Shown here in pieces: positions 58,629 to 64,000 of a stretch of 64,000 bases of DNA; position 1 is the first letter of the stretch, and the number at the start of each line of letters is the position of its first letter. The notes beneath the pieces are model-generated. The model had not been told where the DNA came from. It ran no database searches and saw nothing but the letters and a program-made list of their open reading frames with translations. The DNA is from a virus: positions 44,881 to 108,880 of the IMG/VR virus record IMGVR_UViG_3300002835_000063, one strand, 5' to 3'. A program made the translations under genes and the position numbers.

Positions 58629-58775
58629 TTATTCGACGGGCTTTTCGGTGTCGTCGTCAATCTCATTTGTTGGATTTCCGACAACTTTTGCTAGTAAGAC
58701 CCAGTACTCTGGGTCGTCTTGGGTATACCCGCCAAGAGTTTCTAGGTCTAGTCTTGGCTTATATTCTTCAGCCAT
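58629..58775 (-). CDS. 48-aa acidic microprotein (not in ORF track)
   Basis: ATG overlaps the upstream TAA (TAATG); MAEEYKPRLDLETLGGYTQDDPEYWVLLAKVVGNPTNEIDDDTEKPVE*. Confidence 0.6.
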   Translation of the reverse strand: MAEEYKPRLDLETLGGYTQDDPEYWVLLAKVVGNPTNEIDDDTEKPVE

Positions 58776-61700
58776 TATTCTTCATCTCCTTCTTGGCCTT
58801 GTTTGCCTAGGTAGGTGTTGTAGCCCTCTAGAGGACTCCAGTCTCCTAGATCCATTCCTAACATATAGTCTACAGCTTGCTGAGCTTTGGATGCAGATAG
58901 CTGCAATATTTCTGGATTGCCTCCCTTTAGGACATTAAACCAGCTTTGCATGTAAGCCTGAGTATTGTCTACGTCATACTCAACGCCAAACATTTCTCCC
59001 AAAATAGCGGCCCCCATTTCAGCAATTAGCTCTTCCTGAGCCCGGGCTTGCCCATCTGGGTTGCCGTAATCTTTTGTCAGCTCTGTTCGGTCTAGACGAC
59101 TTGGGTGCCCCGTGCTGTGGGTAAGCTCATGCATCAGAGTGTCAAAAACTTCTTCTGGAGAGTTAAACTGAGCCAAAGAAGGAAGAGTGATACTGTCTGA
59201 CATTGGAGACCAGTTGGGGGAGCTGTCGTGGGTAGAGTAGTTTCCTACATAAGAGTAATCAATTTTGGGAGGCTTAAGTCCCTTTGCTTCCATACTCTTT
59301 ATGTATCTTTCGAGAATAAACTCTTGAGCGTCTACCGGAGCCATTTCAGTTGTTGGCTTATCATCCGGTAGATCTAGATTCTCAATTTGGGCCACATTGA
59401 AAACAGTAGCTGTCTTGAAGTAAAGTTTGGCAAACCCGGCTGGTTTTCCTTCTTTATCTACTAAAGGCTTGCCCTTCTTATCTTTTGTTATTAGGAACTT
59501 TACAGGAACCAAAATAGGAGTTCCCGTTTCGCCTTTTTTAACATTTCCACCAAGCGACTGAGCCTGCTTGTACGTCATCCATCTGGAGTCGGTGTAGCCT
59601 TCAGACATTGCAGCAATCTTTAGCCAGAAAGAGTTAAAGCCGCTATATAGGCGCTTACTGGAAGGATTTCTTGGGATACCGCTACCACCAGTGAATTCAA
59701 ATCCATCTTTGTAGCCCTTGCGCCAAGGAACTTTGTTGTCTCCAAGCTCTTCTAATTTTTTGATTAAAGCATCATAAACTTTTTGTTTAGCCTGGTCACT
59801 AGTATTAACATTCTGATCCAGAGAGACTTCTACAAGATCCAAAGCATCTATAGAGTCCTGGCTAGTGTCTGGGTTGATGCTAGAAGTCAGCGGAGTAAGC
59901 TCGGTGTTTCTAAATTCAGTTGGAGTCTTTGGGCGTTTAGTTTGCGTTGGATCCCATTTCGGCATAGTGTCGATGTCGTTTCCAAGCATGTAGTCAATGG
60001 CAGCCTGAGCCTTCGTCGAAATATCAACCAAGTCAGCGTCACTAAACTTTCCTCTACTAGCTTCAGTAGCTATATAAGCAGCCGAGTTTTTGGTGTCGTA
60101 GTTTAGGCCGAACATCTTCATCAACATGGCAGACGCCATCTCAGCGATAGCCTCTTCTTTGGCTCGCTGGATCGGGTCAGTTCCAGCCTGCCGTGTTTCA
60201 GGGCGGTTCTGTCTAAATGCTGCACCAGTGCTGTGAATTAGCTCATGAGCCAAGCTTTGGATCCAAGCCTCGTCGCTCTTAAACTGCTCCCTAAGCGGAA
60301 GCTTTACTCTGTCTCTAGAGTAGTTAGGACTTTTTAGTGGTTTTCCAGTGTCTGGATTTACTGAAGTCTCGTCTACCTTCAGACCCAAAATTCCTGGAAT
60401 GCCACGGCCTTTTCGTTCTATTTCAGCTCTGTTAAACCGATCTAAAATAACTTGGAATGCCTCAGCTGGAGTGTACTTGACCGTCTCTGGCTCTTCGTAC
60501 TTTGGCATTCCATCGAACTGCTCGGCGTTGTAAACCTGAACTGGAACAAAACGGACGCTCTCCAGCGATGCGCCATCCTCTGATTGATATTCACGCAACG
60601 TTGGAACTGCGATTGAGGTAGGAGTAGCTCCAGCCTTAAGCTTTGCTCCGTAGGCTTTCTCGGCTTCCTGAGCAGTCAACCAACGAGGGTCAGAATAGCC
60701 AGCCTTGTCGGCAGCAGCAGAGAGAGCAACCAAGTTGAATGCTTTGTACTCATGGTTGTTAACTGGGTTGAGCGGAGATGTTCTGCCCTGCTTGGTAAAG
60801 TTTTTTACCCAGTCGCGGGGGGACTTTAGGGCCTCTTTTACTTCTTGTAGAACAGACGCAACTACGTTTTTATTTGTAGAGATGTCGGCAGCTACTTTTC
60901 CTGGTAGTTCGGCAGAGGTTACTTTTTCGACTGGAGTCTTGAATATTCTGGATCTAATTTCGTCAAAAACTTTGTCTACGTCGTTAGAGCCCGTATCAAC
61001 ACTTTGATCCAAATCTGCACCTGAATCAGTTGGAAGCAGAATGTCAGAGTCTGGGAAAATAAAGTATGGATTGATTTCCCGGGGCTGTTTGGACTCTAAA
61101 AATGCAGAGACAGCAGGATCAAAGCTTTGATTTGGAGATTTTTCTACTAGTCCCGGTTTAAATTCGCCTTCGGCTTTATTCGTAAAATCTGAAAGTGTTA
61201 CTATGGCTGGGACATACTCTTCTCCAGCTTGAATAGCTGCTTCCACCCTATGGTTTCCATCAGCAACTACTGCTTGTCTGGTTATTGGGTTATAGGCAAC
61301 CTGAATAGGCTCATATATGCCTTCTCCAGATTCTAGATCACTCTTTTTACTTTCCAAAGACGACAAGTCAGCTGCATCGTTACCTTGTATCCGCTTTAAG
61401 GCCTCTGGTCTAACTAGTCCAACAGTAGATTTGTCTCGACCTAAGCCAGCCAAAACATTCCAAGGCGTGTGCTCTAAATTGGGGTGCTTAGATTTTAGGT
61501 AGTTCTTATAAGATTTTGCAACTTCGGCTTGTTTGTCCCCAATTACCTCATAAAAAAGAGTCTTCGAGTCTACTGTAGACATGTCTAAAGAAGACGAAGA
61601 GTCAAGTGGACCATTTTGAGTGCGGGACCAGACATCTTTGGATCCGTCGTCGTACTCAATTGTAGTGTCTACTAATAAAACCGGGCTTCTTTTGTCCTCG

Positions 61701-61891
61701 TTAATATTAAATTTTCTGGAGTCATCTTCTGTAATGCTTGTGACAGTTTTAGTGCTTCCGTCGGGTAAGCGGACAGTCATACCTTCTTTAAGCTTGCGTA
61801 CGCTAACAATCTTTGGACTTTTAGCGGAAACCCTAGATGCTTGATCTAGGTCAGGACCTTGGTCCCCCTCATCGGGGGTTAGTCTTTTTTT
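58775..61891 (-). CDS. C-terminal part of polyvalent protein: ParB-like domain plus two ArdC-N/zincin (MPTase) modules
   Basis: EPIQV...VADGNHRVEAA; two copies of P.NP....Y..FN...L...GY.D.RW.T ... VFN..Q ... HEL.HSTG ... EE..AE; the frame is open upstream of ATG 61780 to the slippery site. Confidence 0.8.
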   Translation of the reverse strand, partial: KKRLTPDEGDQGPDLDQASRVSAKSPKIVSVRKLKEGMTVRLPDGSTKTVTSITEDDSRKFNINEDKRSPVLLVDTTIEYDDGSKDVWSRTQNGPLDSSSSLDMSTVDSKTLFYEVIGDKQAEVAKSYKNYLKSKHPNLEHTPWNVLAGLGRDKSTVGLVRPEALKRIQGNDAADLSSLESKKSDLESGEGIYEPIQVAYNPITRQAVVADGNHRVEAAIQAGEEYVPAIVTLSDFTNKAEGEFKPGLVEKSPNQSFDPAVSAFLESKQPREINPYFIFPDSDILLPTDSGADLDQSVDTGSNDVDKVFDEIRSRIFKTPVEKVTSAELPGKVAADISTNKNVVASVLQEVKEALKSPRDWVKNFTKQGRTSPLNPVNNHEYKAFNLVALSAAADKAGYSDPRWLTAQEAEKAYGAKLKAGATPTSIAVPTLREYQSEDGASLESVRFVPVQVYNAEQFDGMPKYEEPETVKYTPAEAFQVILDRFNRAEIERKGRGIPGILGLKVDETSVNPDTGKPLKSPNYSRDRVKLPLREQFKSDEAWIQSLAHELIHSTGAAFRQNRPETRQAGTDPIQRAKEEAIAEMASAMLMKMFGLNYDTKNSAAYIATEASRGKFSDADLVDISTKAQAAIDYMLGNDIDTMPKWDPTQTKRPKTPTEFRNTELTPLTSSINPDTSQDSIDALDLVEVSLDQNVNTSDQAKQKVYDALIKKLEELGDNKVPWRKGYKDGFEFTGGSGIPRNPSSKRLYSGFNSFWLKIAAMSEGYTDSRWMTYKQAQSLGGNVKKGETGTPILVPVKFLITKDKKGKPLVDKEGKPAGFAKLYFKTATVFNVAQIENLDLPDDKPTTEMAPVDAQEFILERYIKSMEAKGLKPPKIDYSYVGNYSTHDSSPNWSPMSDSITLPSLAQFNSPEEVFDTLMHELTHSTGHPSRLDRTELTKDYGNPDGQARAQEELIAEMGAAILGEMFGVEYDVDNTQAYMQSWFNVLKGGNPEILQLSASKAQQAVDYMLGMDLGDWSPLEGYNTYLGKQGQEGDEE
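61864..61891 (-). other. Candidate -1 programmed frameshift signal
   Basis: Minus strand TCA AAA AAA GAC TAA CCCCC GATGA GGGGG: heptamer A AAA AAA, 6-nt spacer, 5-bp GC hairpin. Confidence 0.55.
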
Positions 61892-64000
61892 GAGAAAAAG
61901 TCCTCGACTAGACCTTGGATTTCATCGGCCATCACATCTGAAAGCTTTAGAGCTATACCTGACGAGGGGGTAACAGCCTCTCCATCAATAAACACATCGT
62001 AATTGCTGGTGTCTACCATTCGATCGTCGTCTAAATCACCGTCAGAATTCACAACCACTCTGATTCTGCCATCTTTAGATGTAAAAGTGCCTGGCCCGGG
62101 GCGGCCATCTCCACTAGTTGGTCCGTCAAACTCTTCGGACTCTAAAAACTGTTCAGCGAAGTCGTCAGCTACAGACTTAGCATACCCAGCAGGATTTAGG
62201 TCTGGGTCTGCGGCCATCTCCTCTTGAGTCTCGGGGGTGGTTGGCTCGTTAGGGAGCTGTGACTCTAAGAAAGCCTGACGCTTTTCAGCCATCTCGCGCA
62301 TGCGCTGGCCGTACTCCCTGAGAGAGTTTGCTACGTCTAGATCACCTCTACTGTTCTCAAGAGCCGCTGCAATGCCGTCTATTCTGTCAGCAAAGTCTAA
62401 AGCATCTTCAGGAGACTTAGCGTTTTTTGCCTCTTCTACAAGTTCGTCTAGTTCTCCGTCCCGGTATTCGCTAGGCATAACATCGCTGTTATAGTCAGCT
62501 GCAGCTGAGGCAGCTTCAGCCAGAGCGTCATCCCTATCGTCATACGTAAACTCGTCGCTACCCCTGTCATAGGTAACAATTGCAGTGTAGGTGCCATCTT
62601 CTTCTTGGTAGACAAATATCTCTGCACCACCAGATCTGGTGTCACCGTACGTATCTTCTGTGCGCATCAAATCCATAATTTTATCTGGATCAGTTTCGAA
62701 GAACATTTCACGTTCTGTTTCAACTGTTAGAGCAACATCATCTAAATACATTACATCTCTGCTGCTGTCATTGCTGTGTCTGGCTGCATCCGCTACACCA
62801 AACCTATCAATAAACTCTTGTTCCATCCGATTTGCCAAGTCTTGCAATTTGGAAGCTAGCTCTGAAGGAACGTCTCGCTCTTCAGAGAAATCACGAATAT
62901 CTTGAATCCAGCTTCCAGCAAGAGACGCAGTATCTGAATTTAAGAAATTATCATATGCCTCTGAAGCCGCATTTTTGGTGAAGAAGTCAATAGCATCTAG
63001 TTCCTTAGAAATTTGATCTGCTAAATCCTTGGTTTCAACAGATCTAGTTGGCTGATCCTGGTCTAGGTCTGGCTCCTCGCGGCCATCAATAAACTCCTGA
63101 AGATTTGGATCCTCGGTGTCTATAGCAATCTGGCGTAGGGTGTCTTTGATATCAGTTCGATATTCTGCGTACTCTGGCTTATCTAGCAAATAACGAAGAG
63201 TGTCAACATCTTGGTTTCTAGCCAAGCTATCTAGAAGGTCATTCATGCCCTGGGCAGTTACTGGACGCTTCTTAATGTCGTCAATAATTTCCGAGGCCTC
63301 TTCAAAAGAAACGCCAGAACTTAGTCTGTCTTCAATCTCCTTGATTTGCTCTGGAGTAAAGTCACGCTCGATGATGCCGCGCTTGATAGAAGCTACCTGC
63401 TTAGCAGTTGGCTCACGACGAACATTTGGACGGTCCGGAAGATTGCGTAGTGCTCCGATAAACGCGCCTACTTCACCCTTAGTTAGATTCTTGTCACGAA
63501 CTGCGGTGCGAGCCGCAGCTTCTAGGTTAGGATCGTCAATCTTTTTGCCGTTTAGTAGAGACTCTAGGAAGCTGTACTGTTTGTCGGTAGCCGCTTCTTC
63601 TAGAGATGGTTTGGTTGGTTGATCCTGGTCAAGGTCCACCGAGGCAGCTAGATCATCAGCTGCTCTGTCATAGTCTTTGCCTTCTTGGTTCTGCTTTACC
63701 AATTCCTCTGCAAAAGCTAGAGCCTCTTCCTCTGACTTAAATGCTTGAGAGTGGCTAGTTTGGCCGCCTCTATCATTCAGGTCCGGGTTGGTGTAGAAAA
63801 CTTCCCATCCGTTTGGGGTTTTCATAACATCTACGTAATTGTATGCATCTGACCATTCATAGGTGTCGTCGGTTATCTTTCGTAGACTTCCGGTTCCCTG
63901 GTTTAAGTCTGCTGGCTTGTCCTTCTTGCGACGAAGTTTGTTAAGCAGAGCTTCAACGTTGTCGCGGGAGCTATCTGCTTCTAGTGACTTTAGGGTGTCA
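61879..64000 (-). CDS. Upstream part of giant acidic polyvalent protein; start lies beyond the window
   Basis: The frame of the 61879..63825 ORF is open to base 63999 (DTLKSLEADSSRDNVEALLNKLRRKKDKPADLNQG...); ATDKQ/PTAKQ...EAS.II repeats; DLDQ linkers. Confidence 0.8.
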   Translation of the reverse strand, partial: DTLKSLEADSSRDNVEALLNKLRRKKDKPADLNQGTGSLRKITDDTYEWSDAYNYVDVMKTPNGWEVFYTNPDLNDRGGQTSHSQAFKSEEEALAFAEELVKQNQEGKDYDRAADDLAASVDLDQDQPTKPSLEEAATDKQYSFLESLLNGKKIDDPNLEAAARTAVRDKNLTKGEVGAFIGALRNLPDRPNVRREPTAKQVASIKRGIIERDFTPEQIKEIEDRLSSGVSFEEASEIIDDIKKRPVTAQGMNDLLDSLARNQDVDTLRYLLDKPEYAEYRTDIKDTLRQIAIDTEDPNLQEFIDGREEPDLDQDQPTRSVETKDLADQISKELDAIDFFTKNAASEAYDNFLNSDTASLAGSWIQDIRDFSEERDVPSELASKLQDLANRMEQEFIDRFGVADAARHSNDSSRDVMYLDDVALTVETEREMFFETDPDKIMDLMRTEDTYGDTRSGGAEIFVYQEEDGTYTAIVTYDRGSDEFTYDDRDDALAEAASAAADYNSDVMPSEYRDGELDELVEEAKNAKSPEDALDFADRIDGIAAALENSRGDLDVANSLREYGQRMREMAEKRQAFLESQLPNEPTTPETQEEMAADPDLNPAGYAKSVADDFAEQFLESEEFDGPTSGDGRPGPGTFTSKDGRIRVVVNSDGDLDDDRMVDTSNYDVFIDGEAVTPSSGIALKLSDVMADEIQGLVEDFFSKKD

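Noticed and set aside
1-64000. Stop-codon reassignment; tRNA, rRNA or integrase genes
   Set aside because: Genes are full length and densely packed under the standard code, with TAG, TAA and TGA all used as stops. No RNA gene or recombinase was recognised by eye, though a covariance search was not possible.

Overview
The window is part of a large tailed dsDNA phage (siphovirus-type tail) that almost certainly infects Actinobacteria: it carries whiB, actinophage-type head and tail genes, a Prim-Pol/SF3 primase-helicase and family A DNA polymerase. No integrase, tRNA, rRNA or CRISPR array was recognised. Layout: (i) + strand 1-18.7 kb, accessory fibre/decoration genes interleaved with a large oxygenase array; (ii) + strand 19.3-27.3 kb, primase-helicase, phosphoesterase, glycosyltransferases and a sulfation cassette; (iii) - strand 27.3-37.3 kb, WhiB, repair and replication genes; (iv) - strand 37.5-58.6 kb, tail and head genes; (v) - strand 58.6-64 kb, the C-terminal part of a giant polyvalent protein. 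The main candidate new system is an apparent phage-encoded, extracellular-matrix-like protein-modification pathway. An FN3 protein with an 88-residue (Pro-Pro-Phe-Phe)n tract capped by an intein-like Hint domain is followed by seven prolyl-4-hydroxylase-like 2OG-Fe(II) oxygenases, a TauD-like dioxygenase and two DUF6065-like genes. Next come three Gly-Pro-Thr collagen-like proteins and a second PPFF-tract protein. Glycosyltransferases, a sulfotransferase-like gene and an APS-kinase/nucleotidyltransferase fusion lie nearby. A second notable signal is a candidate programmed -1 frameshift (A AAA AAA, 6 nt, GC hairpin) that would join two ORFs into one DLDQ-linked polyprotein carrying a ParB-like domain and two ArdC/zincin modules. 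All family calls come from motif recognition by eye; no searches were run.
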